Shown in pieces: positions 11,270-21,331 of a DNA stretch of 64,000 bases. Numbering within the stretch: position 1 is the first letter of the stretch; each line of letters begins with the position of its first letter. The notes below the pieces were generated by a model, which saw only the letters and a list, made by a program, of their open reading frames with translations, ran no database searches and was not told the DNA's origin. The stretch lies in the IMG/VR virus record IMGVR_UViG_3300050821_001428, positions 80,268 through 144,267 of that record, one strand, 5' to 3'. A program made the position numbers and the translations under genes. Source of the stretch: a virus.

Positions 11270-12094
11270 TTAACCCTTCTTAGGTTTGGTCGGAGTCTTT
11301 TTCTGTTGAAGCGAGTTATGAGTCGCATTTTGATTATTCTTACCAAAATTAGGCTGTGAGCCAACCGCACCAACTAAGCTGGAGAAATCACCCTTCATAT
11401 ACGCTGGGATAAGAGAACTATAATAATCGGCCCATTTAGATGCTTGTGCTTGGGCCGCTGAGTCGGACTGATCGCCAGACTGAAAGGGATTGGTATTCGG
11501 GTTGTTAGAATGAGGGCTAATATTACCGGTAAGGCTAAAGGTTCCAATCTGCTTGGCCGAACCGCCATCTAGGGTTGAGCTAATATCCTTGATAGCTGCT
11601 GCCTTTATGCCATCCTTAATCACAGATAAATCTGGTGAATCATCAATAATATGCGCTTGTAATTGCCATTGTGGGCCTACCATACCTGTTTGATAACCAA
11701 ACCCCGGGACTGATTTAGGATAAATAGCGAATTGCCAATTACGAGTTGGATATGAACAGATCATTGGCTCTAGATTATAAGATTCATTTGGCGTAGGAGA
11801 TTGAGCCTTACCTTGGGTTGCGATAATTAGGTATCTAGAGAAAAACTTATAAATATGCTCTAATTGTTTATATGTAGCACAAGTACCAGTCATCGTTAGA
11901 TCATCAATATATACAGATAAAATCTGCACAACTTCTCCACCATAAGTAGGATAAGTTTGGGTATTGAGTCCATATGCCCATTGAGCTTCATCAATACCGT
12001 TATCTATAGTTAATGATCCAAGATACTTATGCGAGAATCTTATAGTATTAGTAAACCCATGGTCCTTATTTTTATGTGGAGAAGCTGTTGTCAT
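11270..12094 (-). CDS. Tail tube initiator-like / baseplate protein
   Basis: 274 aa, immediately after the tape measure. WAYGLNTQTYPTYGGEVVQILSVYIDDLTMTG motif. Confidence 0.6.
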   Translation of the reverse strand: MTTASPHKNKDHGFTNTIRFSHKYLGSLTIDNGIDEAQWAYGLNTQTYPTYGGEVVQILSVYIDDLTMTGTCATYKQLEHIYKFFSRYLIIATQGKAQSPTPNESYNLEPMICSYPTRNWQFAIYPKSVPGFGYQTGMVGPQWQLQAHIIDDSPDLSVIKDGIKAAAIKDISSTLDGGSAKQIGTFSLTGNISPHSNNPNTNPFQSGDQSDSAAQAQASKWADYYSSLIPAYMKGDFSSLVGAVGSQPNFGKNNQNATHNSLQQKKTPTKPKKG

Positions 12095-12097
12095 TGT

Positions 12098-14185
12098 TTA
12101 GTAGGCGTAGGACTGGGTGGCTGGATGATATGGCTGAGTACTTCCTGTTGGGTGATCATTCAACCCCGCCCAAGCCTTACGATGTATAACGTCGGACTGA
12201 TCGCCACCGACTTGGTTCTTCTTTATATTAATAGGCGTTCTTCCTGCATTAGACTCGCGCTTGCTTTGTGATGGTCCCTGCACAATCTGAAGAATCCTGG
12301 CGGCCTGAGGTGTTAAACCAACGGTTACGTTTGTCGCATTTATCTTGTTATCCTTGCCGCCACCGCCGATACCTGATAAATATCTATCTGTCTGATTTAG
12401 ACGATCTTTCCAATTCTTGTCATTACTTAGTTCCCGAATATGTTTAGCACTAATTCCTGCTTCGCGCAAGGCGGGGATGACCTGGGCATTCCAATCTCTG
12501 TTCAATGTTTCTCGGTTAGCACCTGTTACTTGTCCATGACCGGCCTTTCTAGCCACCTGGAAGGCGTCCCACATACCAATGCCATTGGTAGACGATCCTA
12601 ATACTTCCTCGGCAGCAGCGACATGGGAGTATCGAGTATCTTCGCCAAGCATACGTTGTACTACGGACTTACTAATACCTAACATTGAGGCTATCTGTGC
12701 GGCCTCCATCTCAGAACCATTGCGGGTTCTTAAAGACGTACCATCCTTACGTGAGTACGTATCGTAATTAATGCTCTTAAGACCTTGATTTAACATTCGG
12801 ACAGCTTGTAACGTCGTGCTAGTGAATTGCCCGCCACCCATGCTGCCAAGACCAGATGGCAAAACACCCTGACCGAGAGCTAGACCTTGTACAATTGGAG
12901 ATTGTGCCAATTGAGCAGCCACATGAGGGTCCAAGCCGGTAGCTTCTGTGAAGCCCGTTACCGTACCGATTGATTGCGCTAATCCTGATCCCATGTTTGC
13001 TAATGCCTGTGCCGAATCAGCTACAGAGCTACCAAATGTATTAACAGATTCTTTCGCAGCGCGAGCCTGGACATCCATATTGGAAAGAGCATCCGCTAAC
13101 TGGGAAGCTGATGTGCCACCATTACGTAGAGCCGGGTCAAATTGACCTAATGTTTCGGCAGACAAACCTGGCATTTTAGAAATCAAAGGCCCCATAAAAT
13201 TCTTAGCTATTGTTGTCGCATCTCCACCAGGGGTAGACCATGGTGTAGGCGCGACATTAGGGGCAAATCCTTGATTCAAAATAACATCAAGCATCGACTG
13301 TGCTTGATTGCTAGTCAGACCTTGACCCGTGCCAAAGTTGACTAGATCCCTGCCGGTAAGGTAGTTCTGTAATGCCAGAGCGCCCATACCGATGCCTTGA
13401 GCCTGGCTGATATCTCGCGTAAATAGTTGATGACCTAAAATAGCATTGCCACCCGCACCAGGGCCATATCCAAATGTCTGTCCGATAGTTGCCTGGGTAC
13501 CTAGCCAATCATCAATGTGACCAACGCCTTTTCCTACCGACGATAGAATTTGAGATGCACCTTGTGCTAACCCCGGCGTTAGAGTTCTATCACCAAATTT
13601 TATACCTTGCGCGACAAGATTATTATGGGCATCGTAGACCATTTGACCATAATTATCACTAGTTTTATCCTGATTCGTATAATCAATAAATTGATTGGTA
13701 AATCCCTGCCCGAAACCTCTACTTAGATTGCCTATCATCCCCGGGCTAGTGGCGTCCGTCATGTTCTGACCAACATTAGATGCCATATTTAGATTTTGTT
13801 GGAGATTATATGAACCCAAACGCCATCTGCGGTAAAACTGTGGTCCGCCCTCACCAATCTGAGCGGCGGCGATCACCTGACCGAGATTATCTCGGTCATC
13901 ATCAATATTTTTTGCTACAGTAGCCGGATCACTTACGGCAATATTCTTCTCGTTACCCAGACTAGGTATACTCGTCGGCATACTCTGTCTAGCTTGTCTA
14001 ATCGAAGCGGCAGCATCGGCAACATTGGTCGAGAATCCATTTGTTTGTATTGCCATTTGGACAGCCGAAGCAGAATCATAAGTACCAACGTTAGGCGACA
14101 CTCTCTGTTCCGTATAGAACTGATTTAGTTGTGAAATCTGCGTTGTTAAACTCTGCAACGCATTGACTAGCTGATCATCTGGCAT
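12098..14185 (-). CDS. Tape measure protein (short)
   Basis: 695 aa, Ala/Gly/Gln-rich and helical, located downstream of tube and tail chaperones. Confidence 0.75.
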   Translation of the reverse strand: MPDDQLVNALQSLTTQISQLNQFYTEQRVSPNVGTYDSASAVQMAIQTNGFSTNVADAAASIRQARQSMPTSIPSLGNEKNIAVSDPATVAKNIDDDRDNLGQVIAAAQIGEGGPQFYRRWRLGSYNLQQNLNMASNVGQNMTDATSPGMIGNLSRGFGQGFTNQFIDYTNQDKTSDNYGQMVYDAHNNLVAQGIKFGDRTLTPGLAQGASQILSSVGKGVGHIDDWLGTQATIGQTFGYGPGAGGNAILGHQLFTRDISQAQGIGMGALALQNYLTGRDLVNFGTGQGLTSNQAQSMLDVILNQGFAPNVAPTPWSTPGGDATTIAKNFMGPLISKMPGLSAETLGQFDPALRNGGTSASQLADALSNMDVQARAAKESVNTFGSSVADSAQALANMGSGLAQSIGTVTGFTEATGLDPHVAAQLAQSPIVQGLALGQGVLPSGLGSMGGGQFTSTTLQAVRMLNQGLKSINYDTYSRKDGTSLRTRNGSEMEAAQIASMLGISKSVVQRMLGEDTRYSHVAAAEEVLGSSTNGIGMWDAFQVARKAGHGQVTGANRETLNRDWNAQVIPALREAGISAKHIRELSNDKNWKDRLNQTDRYLSGIGGGGKDNKINATNVTVGLTPQAARILQIVQGPSQSKRESNAGRTPINIKKNQVGGDQSDVIHRKAWAGLNDHPTGSTQPYHPATQSYAY

Positions 14186-14206
14186 ATCATATATTAAAGA
14201 TGCGCC

Positions 14207-14235
14207 TTGACAAAAAATCTCTCATGGCGTAACAT
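14207..14235 (+). promoter_or_regulatory. Host sigma70/SigA-type promoter for a leaderless transcript
   Basis: TTGACA (14207-14212), 17 nt spacer, TAACAT (14230-14235), then 6 nt to the ATG at 14242. Confidence 0.75.
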
Positions 14236-14241
14236 ATAGAC

Positions 14242-14577
14242 ATGAGCAGATACGCTCCCCGTGATAAAGCAGTAGAACAATTATATCAAGAAATGAACCG
14301 ACCGAATCAGAGTCGAAGCGAAGACATCTTCGACTTTATCATTGCAGGCGGAATGATTCTGAGTATTATTCTGGTGCCGCCTTTTAATGTGATCTTTGGT
14401 CTGGCGCTTGTCGTTAATACCTTTCGGTGGGCATCTCAAAAGTTGAAAAGTCGAAAGGCGCGTCGTCTGGCAAGAAAGGCGCTGGTAAGAAAGGCGAGGC
14501 TAAAGGTTGAGGTTGATCAAATTCGCCAGGATCAGGCGCGGTTTGCTGTGGAACAAGAGCGTCTAAACCGTCCATAG
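14242..14577 (+). CDS. Small membrane protein (moron-like), antisense to the tail operon
   Basis: 111 aa. Hydrophobic hairpin IFDFIIAGGMILSIILVPPFNVIFGLALVV followed by a basic tail. Has its own promoter. Confidence 0.65.
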   Translation: MSRYAPRDKAVEQLYQEMNRPNQSRSEDIFDFIIAGGMILSIILVPPFNVIFGLALVVNTFRWASQKLKSRKARRLARKALVRKARLKVEVDQIRQDQARFAVEQERLNRP

Positions 14578-15399
14578 CCTCCCATTCATCCATCATCGAC
14601 CATAGTTCGTTAAGGTCGCTGGGCTGATAGAAGTTCACACCACTTGGATCATCATCAACGGCGTCACTTGGCAACTGCTGTGGTTCGAATAAGCGTTGAT
14701 ATAGGTATGGGTCTACTACGCCAATAGACGTAGCAAAAATGCGCTGCTTGAAGTTCTCTTCGCGTTCAGCGACAACAGACTTGTCATCCCATCTCTGTAG
14801 ATGCGAGACTAGGATTCGTTGGAAGGTAGAGAGGGCGGGATACCCGTATTCATCGCGCCTGTCAAAGACTCCGATTCGTTCAAGATATCTTCCAAATCCT
14901 GCAAGAACGCTGGCTGCGGACTCGTCTGTTGAGATAAAAAATTTAGTTGCTCAACCGCCTTGGTCGCCTTGAGTTCCAGTATTTGATACTGATACCATAG
15001 ATATTCTATAGTAGGCTCGTACCAACCGTCGTCCTTATTACTAATGAAGTTTAGACGACCTTGAACAAAGTCTTCTATATTAGGTCCAATAGAATCGCAG
15101 AAATCGGACCTACCGTCAACGTGCGTCAACGCCGCTGCGACATGAGCATTACGCCAAATCTTGTCGGCTATTATAGTATTACGATAAGGCTGAATAACCT
15201 GGGCGATTGCATAATGGTATTCCGGACGCAATGTTTGCAATCCAAATGTGTGTCCTGATAATTTAACAGTTTCCGTGACACGACCTAGATATGCTACACC
15301 CTCGATTATATGCTGTACCGCAGGGGTGAATAGCCGAATAGGGTCTATCGTATCGTCTTGCTTCTGACCTTGACTTTGCTCTGGCGTTTTATCCGCCAT
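14414..15399 (-). CDS. Tail assembly chaperone, long -1 frameshift product (G-T type)
   Basis: Slippery A-AAT-TTT-TTA at 14944-14935. The -1 frame is open from 14938 to the stop at 14414 (FISTDESAASVLAGFGRYLERIG...FEPQQLPSDAVDDD...) and includes track ORF 14414..14674. Confidence 0.8.
14809..15399 (-). CDS. Tail assembly chaperone, short form
   Basis: 196 aa, between tail tube and tape measure. Contains the slippery site. Confidence 0.85.
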   Translation of the reverse strand: MADKTPEQSQGQKQDDTIDPIRLFTPAVQHIIEGVAYLGRVTETVKLSGHTFGLQTLRPEYHYAIAQVIQPYRNTIIADKIWRNAHVAAALTHVDGRSDFCDSIGPNIEDFVQGRLNFISNKDDGWYEPTIEYLWYQYQILELKATKAVEQLNFLSQQTSPQPAFLQDLEDILNESESLTGAMNTGIPPSLPSNES

Positions 15400-15425
15400 A
15401 CTTGACTACTTTCCTTTGTTGATAT

Positions 15426-16112
15426 TTAAACGCCGTTACGAAGAGCTAAGGCTGAATTAGTAGAGCCTTGCCTCGTAGAATAAGTATAGTTAACCGTAAT
15501 TTGCTTTACGATTTCCAATGTGCCAACCTGAATAGTTTCATCGTCGCGCACATCGGTAATAGTGCAACCGTGATATTGAGTGTATCCAGATCTAGCGGGA
15601 CCACCTATGCCTTGCATATTAGGAATCTGACGAATATATTGTACGATACTCATTTGGGATGGTGTCGCTTGAGCCTGGGCAATTACCACATCTAGAATAT
15701 CTGAAGCATTTTTAAAGATACCGCCGCCAGTGACACTGGCAGATCCCTGACCGGTTCCTGTGGTATCTGCGCCGGGGATACTGCCATCCGCGTTCGGCGT
15801 GCCGTCACTCGCGCCGCCTCCATTACCTAAACGATCCCAAATCTTATCTACATTTTTATCGCTTTGGGACCATAGATCTAATAGGTTTAGTACCAGTGTA
15901 CCCGGGCCAGCAGCGACAGGGGTAAGAATCTCGACAACATATGGCTCGTCCATCGGTTGAATAAATGAGGGATTATTTACTAAACGTGGAGACTGATGCG
16001 AAACCTGCTGTGCGAAAGCAATCGGCATACCGCCGAATAAGAATACCGTGAAACCAGAACCACCACGACGAGTGTATCGTAGATTATTTTGTGGGAGTGT
16101 GTTATCCGCCAT
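15426..16112 (-). CDS. Tail tube protein
   Basis: 228 aa, directly after the sheath. RRGGSGFTVF...YHGCTITDVRDDETIQVGTLEIVKQITVNYT. Confidence 0.85.
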   Translation of the reverse strand: MADNTLPQNNLRYTRRGGSGFTVFLFGGMPIAFAQQVSHQSPRLVNNPSFIQPMDEPYVVEILTPVAAGPGTLVLNLLDLWSQSDKNVDKIWDRLGNGGGASDGTPNADGSIPGADTTGTGQGSASVTGGGIFKNASDILDVVIAQAQATPSQMSIVQYIRQIPNMQGIGGPARSGYTQYHGCTITDVRDDETIQVGTLEIVKQITVNYTYSTRQGSTNSALALRNGV

Positions 16113-16138
16113 TACTAGTTAATATTCCGATCTAGCAA

Positions 16139-17812
16139 TTAACTAATCGAAGTAGTTACTGTCCCGGTTGTTAGGTTCAAGCCAAATGTAATGTTAATGT
16201 AATTTAGTGGGAAGGCTGGTTGATAGCTAAACGATACACTGATCGTCGTTGGATTAAGACTAGTTAATGTCGCATTTGGTGCCGTGAACCCGACAATGAT
16301 CTTTGATCCCTGAAGGATCTGTAGGATACTATTGATAGTGGTTTCCACAATCATTGGTGAATTAGCGTTGGCTATGATCTGACCGATGATCTGATTATCT
16401 AGCGTCTGCTGGATGCTTTCGATCATTACGAACTGCGAGCGGACAACTGAAATTTCCTGACCAGATGAACCATCGGCAAGATCGACCGTAATACCCTGAC
16501 GGCAACGAATACCGTTATTTATATTCTCTAATACAAGTAGACCGTTAGCAGCGTCATTGTTTTTATCGGAAGGGGAACGGTTGTCAACGATAGATGAGAA
16601 TCCGCTGATGTATTGGCGGGTCAGGGCACTCGATGTTGCACGGGATACTAACGCTCCACCAATTGCAGCCGCAGCATACTGACCGCCGACCGTTATGGTT
16701 CCACCCTGAGCACCCGGTACATTGATATTGAAAGAGCTGGTATTTAGAAGGATACATTGCTTACTCAATGCGCCACCATAGTTGGAACGTAACGCGCTAG
16801 CATGAGTCCACAGCAGGCTATTTGGTGGTGACAGAGTACGTAGCTGCGCCGGGTTATAAGTACCATCTTCAGCTAAGACGGTCACCATGAAATCATTCTG
16901 TGAATTCTGATATGCGATATGTGCCTGAATCGATTCAAAAATCTCAAGGATCTGAGCGTTAGTCGTAACGCTTGCATTATCAAATCCGACTACAGGAATG
17001 ATAACATCCAAATTCGTAATAGAACGCAGAGTGTACAGTGTGTCACTCCAAGTCTGAGGGTTACCGATAGCTGTCGCCGTTGCTGGCTGCTGGGCACTTG
17101 TAGGATCACCCGGAGTTGCACGTTCAAATAAAGGCTGAAGGATAACTGACTGGGCACCATTCTGGAAAGCAAATGCTGCTGCTAGGGATAGCGGAGAATT
17201 GACGCCTGTGTATACAGTCAAACCATTGGATAGCGTATCGGTTGCCCATGCGTTACCAAATCGAGACTGAACCGCTCCAATGTCATACATGCGTATCGGA
17301 TTCCAATAATCGGTTGGCGTATACGTATAAGTGACGTTGACTAACTTAGGAACCCATGTGGTACCATCGTTGCTTGGATTAAAGGCACCACCTTGGATTG
17401 GGGTGAGCGTACCTGTTGAAGCAGAAGGGGTGATTGAGTTTACGCCACCATCGGGTGGGCCTTCACCAGATTGTACCGAGTAATCCCCAGGGACGCTACC
17501 GGTGTGCTGGATATAACCGGTACCGGGTGGAGTACCATAAGAAGGATTAATCGCATCCGTCATGCTCAAGACTTCAACAAGGACTGCATCATCATTAATT
17601 GACTCAATGGTCGGAAGCACCATCGGGGAACTATTGACACCGAAGAGAATCGTATCTGTAACGGTTATAGGAGATAGCCCGCTAGCCGAATTACCAGGGA
17701 CACCGACAAGGCATAGATTTGATCCAGAGATAACGTTAGGTGTGATCTGTTGAGTGGTGATTCCGGTGACGGTCACTCCGGGAGGTGTATAATTCGAATT
17801 AGAGACAGACAT
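16139..17812 (-). CDS. Tail sheath protein
   Basis: 557 aa. N-terminal YTPPGVTV. C-terminal QEISVVR...ISVSFSYQPAFPLNYINITF. Confidence 0.9.
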   Translation of the reverse strand: MSVSNSNYTPPGVTVTGITTQQITPNVISGSNLCLVGVPGNSASGLSPITVTDTILFGVNSSPMVLPTIESINDDAVLVEVLSMTDAINPSYGTPPGTGYIQHTGSVPGDYSVQSGEGPPDGGVNSITPSASTGTLTPIQGGAFNPSNDGTTWVPKLVNVTYTYTPTDYWNPIRMYDIGAVQSRFGNAWATDTLSNGLTVYTGVNSPLSLAAAFAFQNGAQSVILQPLFERATPGDPTSAQQPATATAIGNPQTWSDTLYTLRSITNLDVIIPVVGFDNASVTTNAQILEIFESIQAHIAYQNSQNDFMVTVLAEDGTYNPAQLRTLSPPNSLLWTHASALRSNYGGALSKQCILLNTSSFNINVPGAQGGTITVGGQYAAAAIGGALVSRATSSALTRQYISGFSSIVDNRSPSDKNNDAANGLLVLENINNGIRCRQGITVDLADGSSGQEISVVRSQFVMIESIQQTLDNQIIGQIIANANSPMIVETTINSILQILQGSKIIVGFTAPNATLTSLNPTTISVSFSYQPAFPLNYINITFGLNLTTGTVTTSIS

Positions 17813-17848
17813 TATAAGATCACTTTTTAAATTGTAGGAAAACGAGGT

Positions 17849-18634
17849 TTATATATCTGATTCGGCAGAAGCCGGACTGGTGAACTCATAGAAATCCGTA
17901 CCTACGTTGGTAGTCGGATCATTTAGTTGCAAACTCTCTGTAACCGTTAGATCAACAACCTCGATTAGTGATGACCCTCCGTAATTAGAATTAGCGTTAG
18001 GAGTGGCTGAGTATAAGTCTCCCATAATCTCTACGCTGTACCCGGCGCAATAAGCTAGCTTATCTTTGGCGTTCCAAGGGAGGGGGCTTTGTGTCTCTGA
18101 AATAGGGTAAATTCTGTCTGTATTTAGGAACGGCATATTGTAGTATCCGTAGGGAGTTTGATTCATATAGAAGTACAGACGCTGTATGAATTTATTACCC
18201 CATGGAGTAGCATCAGTGGTTGCTAGAATTTCCACCAAAGCGTCACGAACCAAACCAAGGTCAGTTGAGGACTGTGCATATGCTTCAAATACTATCTGGC
18301 CGTGATACAGACGATGATAATACTTCATAAAGACGCTCGGGTTCTGCGGATCGGGATCATATGGTGAGGGTAGCCATTCTTCATGGCCTACACCGGCATT
18401 AATATTATCTCGCTCTATATACTTAACCAAGACAGCAGGTAGCGTGTATTCATCCTGATTGAATGAAACAGCTACTTTGGTCGCATTAATACGCTTGGAT
18501 ATATGTGCGTCGAAGGCATCTTGCATAGACTCAGCCGCCCAACGCTTAATGAACGTAACATATTGCCATGATGAAGTCTGCAACACATAATTACGAGGTG
18601 GTTGATAGAATTCGGGATCGTGAGTAAAGCTCAT
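17849..18634 (-). CDS. Tail terminator/completion protein
   Basis: 261 aa, immediately upstream of the sheath in the neck block. Confidence 0.6.
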   Translation of the reverse strand: MSFTHDPEFYQPPRNYVLQTSSWQYVTFIKRWAAESMQDAFDAHISKRINATKVAVSFNQDEYTLPAVLVKYIERDNINAGVGHEEWLPSPYDPDPQNPSVFMKYYHRLYHGQIVFEAYAQSSTDLGLVRDALVEILATTDATPWGNKFIQRLYFYMNQTPYGYYNMPFLNTDRIYPISETQSPLPWNAKDKLAYCAGYSVEIMGDLYSATPNANSNYGGSSLIEVVDLTVTESLQLNDPTTNVGTDFYEFTSPASAESDI

Positions 18635-19398
18635 CTATCCACCTCTATGCTATACGCAATATCAAAATCCGGTATCTTGCTGATTTCACCAGCATATCCA
18701 ATAATCATGCGATTATTATTTGCTGTGATAGGGCCATCTCCAACGCCGCGAGCACCACGGCGATTGACACCATGCATACTGATTGGACTCATTTGTTTCA
18801 ATTGATAACGTTCGTAAGTTTCTGTGATACGGCCTTGATTATCTAATGCACACGTTATTAAGATATCATTATCACCAACCTCTGGATACCATGGCAGTTG
18901 TACAGTCGCCGTTTGCATACGTGTCAAAGCTCCCTGTTCGGATAATTTCCATTGATCTTCTGGGCGGTCGGGGAGGATGACATAAGTTAGGAAACCGGGA
19001 CCATACCCACGATACTTAGGGGCAGGGACAAACCAAGGGAACGGCTGTTCATTTGATTCGATAATTGTAAAGATATCGGGGTTGTCTGGGTCTTCTGATC
19101 CAAACCACTCTCCTGGTTGAGTCTCTATCGAGCAGATACCAATACCATGTGAAAGTACATCACCCCAATACTCAGATTGTCCCATAACATAATCAAAAGT
19201 AGCAACCTTCTGAGCAATCCCATCGGTAACATCCCTTGTCGTGTACATCTTTTTTATCAATACTGGCGTACCAATATATTGATAAACATCTGCCGATGTA
19301 CGCCGTAAATCCCTAACCTCCCAAGGAACCCCCGGTGTATTAGCCAATGTTATAGATGTTACGTCAGTATACTGCGGGGGGTTCAGAGGCATATTCAA
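18631..19398 (-). CDS. Head closure/neck protein
   Basis: 255 aa in the neck block. LPWYPEVGDNDILI..ERYQLKQ stopper-like motif. Confidence 0.6.
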   Translation of the reverse strand: MNMPLNPPQYTDVTSITLANTPGVPWEVRDLRRTSADVYQYIGTPVLIKKMYTTRDVTDGIAQKVATFDYVMGQSEYWGDVLSHGIGICSIETQPGEWFGSEDPDNPDIFTIIESNEQPFPWFVPAPKYRGYGPGFLTYVILPDRPEDQWKLSEQGALTRMQTATVQLPWYPEVGDNDILITCALDNQGRITETYERYQLKQMSPISMHGVNRRGARGVGDGPITANNNRMIIGYAGEISKIPDFDIAYSIEVDR

Positions 19399-19454
19399 CC
19401 ATTATGCTCTGGGAATTAGGTAATCTGTGATACAGGCTCCCAGGCATGTTGTAT

Positions 19455-19778
19455 CTAATGAAGTCCAATCCTCACGGAATACCAATGTCCATGTACCCGT
19501 TGGTCCATGTGGTTGGGAACAGCAACTGGCGCTCTAGAGGGGCCAGTGGGACCAACGGGTAACGCCAAAGCAGCCTGTAACTCACTTAGAGCATCAGCAA
19601 CGTATACCTGTGCGTCACTTACGGTAGTCGCAGCTTTAATCAAACTAGCCTTACCGCCCTTATTGATCATTACCTCCTGAGCATTGTGAATGGAGTTTGC
19701 TATCGATGTTAGATATGTTTGAATGCTCGTAATATACGTTTGGGCGACGGTAAGATCTATTTGTAATGAATTAGCCAT
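19455..19778 (-). CDS. Hypothetical helical protein
   Basis: 107 aa, co-oriented, Ala-rich helices. Confidence 0.5.
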   Translation of the reverse strand: MANSLQIDLTVAQTYITSIQTYLTSIANSIHNAQEVMINKGGKASLIKAATTVSDAQVYVADALSELQAALALPVGPTGPSRAPVAVPNHMDQRVHGHWYSVRIGLH

Positions 19779-19787
19779 AAAGTTAAA

Positions 19788-20186
19788 TTACTTATGCGCA
19801 GGATGGTATAATGTATTTAGATTAGTAACGGATATACAGTTAACAGGGCCAATCTGCTTAGCAATCGATCTAATTTCTTTAATAGATGCATCGGCTTGGG
19901 TCACCGATATCAGATGCTTGTGCTCCTGCGCCCTAACCTCTGGGATAAACCCCAATGTGATATTTTTCAGAGAAACACGGAGCTTATTGCCTCGTTTACA
20001 TTGTTGGACGAGAACTGATTGTGTGTTCGTCTTTAAACGGTGGAAAATCTCCTGTGTTAACATCTTCTGGTTATGATTTTCCATATTAGAATGGGCACGC
20101 TCCTGATGAAGAGTGTAAATAACCACCGCCGTAAGCATTGCGTAGGCTACTACGTGCCAATTTATCTTGCTAAATAAATTACGCAA
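19788..20186 (-). CDS. Single-pass membrane protein with two Cys (possible lysis accessory)
   Basis: AGGAGG RBS upstream. N-terminal TM segment WHVVAYAMLTAVVIYTL, then QCKRGN...PVNC. Confidence 0.55.
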   Translation of the reverse strand: MRNLFSKINWHVVAYAMLTAVVIYTLHQERAHSNMENHNQKMLTQEIFHRLKTNTQSVLVQQCKRGNKLRVSLKNITLGFIPEVRAQEHKHLISVTQADASIKEIRSIAKQIGPVNCISVTNLNTLYHPAHK

Positions 20187-20236
20187 TTTGATATAACCTC
20201 CTATATATTAGACACACCGATTTGTTAGTTATATAA

Positions 20237-21331
20237 CTAAAAACCTCGATATACGCCCCGAGTTGAATAGTTCGAATAGGGATATAAACGCCCTGCTTTG
20301 GATAGAGTAAGTAATGCAGAGTGGCCCAGGCGAAGTTCGGTTCTCTTCATGAGGCGAACAGCAGCGATATAGTCCTCGTATTCAATTTGATAGATCTGCC
20401 CCCACGCTTGTTGATAACGAGTACGGTCAGCCCAAACCAACTGTCCCTGTCCGGTTGGGGTGAAGATTTCCGTATAAGAACGCATGAGGTGGCGGATAGT
20501 CAATACTAATACGCCCTTTGTTAGCAGGGGCATATTGGGATTCGGTACAGCACCGGCATGTGCTGTAAAATTGTCAATAGTGTAATTAGTAGGAGGCATC
20601 TGCACGTTGATATCGAACAGAGCTTCGGGGATAAACCGGGAGATTTTCTCCTTGTCGAAATGATTCAAAGTACGGTCGCGCAGCCACGGACCTCCTTCAT
20701 TAGAATCAAACACATCTTCAAGGCGCATCCAGACCGAATCGGTAATCTGATCTATCGCTGTCGGCTCAGGTAGATTAAAGGGATCAACTACCGTAAACGA
20801 TGTAATAACCGAACGCTTCTCGCCTGTAACGAGGTTGAATTGTGCAGTAGCTATATAAGGGCCAATAGCTTGGGTTTCTGTCCATAATAGGGTAGCTTCT
20901 CCGCTATCAAGGATCGTGCCTCTATCGGAGATCGTCGTTAAAAATGTACCAGGGGTATTGAATGCAATTACGGCACCATTAGTTCCGCCCGATACACCGG
21001 TAATCTTAGTACCGTTAACGCCTGTATAAGTGAATTCTTCAACACCGATACTATCCTGAATAAATACGGTTCCTGACGATGGTATATCCTCTAAGGACTG
21101 AAAATTAATTTCGGTCACCGGTAGAGTATAAGAAACCCCACCATCCGTCATCTGTAGTACGGTCGGTGTTTGTACGGTATAGTTGACCCCAGTGACTTGA
21201 TCGGCGGTTACTGGCTGTCCGTTGATTTCAAGATTACAAAGCAGATTAAGACTATCTCCTTGAAATACCGAACCTAAGTATGAATTATATACGCCAAGAC
21301 TCAATTTAAACACCACCATATAGGAATGCAA
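20237..21331 (-). CDS. Head-tail adaptor with N-terminal Ig-like domains
   Basis: C-terminal VWMRLEDVFDS..GGPWL...ALFDIN..PP...RSYTE...DRTRYQQAW adaptor-like region. Start is uncertain. Confidence 0.7.
   Translation of the reverse strand: MHSYMVVFKLSLGVYNSYLGSVFQGDSLNLLCNLEINGQPVTADQVTGVNYTVQTPTVLQMTDGGVSYTLPVTEINFQSLEDIPSSGTVFIQDSIGVEEFTYTGVNGTKITGVSGGTNGAVIAFNTPGTFLTTISDRGTILDSGEATLLWTETQAIGPYIATAQFNLVTGEKRSVITSFTVVDPFNLPEPTAIDQITDSVWMRLEDVFDSNEGGPWLRDRTLNHFDKEKISRFIPEALFDINVQMPPTNYTIDNFTAHAGAVPNPNMPLLTKGVLVLTIRHLMRSYTEIFTPTGQGQLVWADRTRYQQAWGQIYQIEYEDYIAAVRLMKRTELRLGHSALLTLSKAGRLYPYSNYSTRGVYRGF

Noticed and set aside
14739-14972. Plus-strand 77-aa ORF
   Set aside because: Antisense shadow of the frameshifted chaperone extension.
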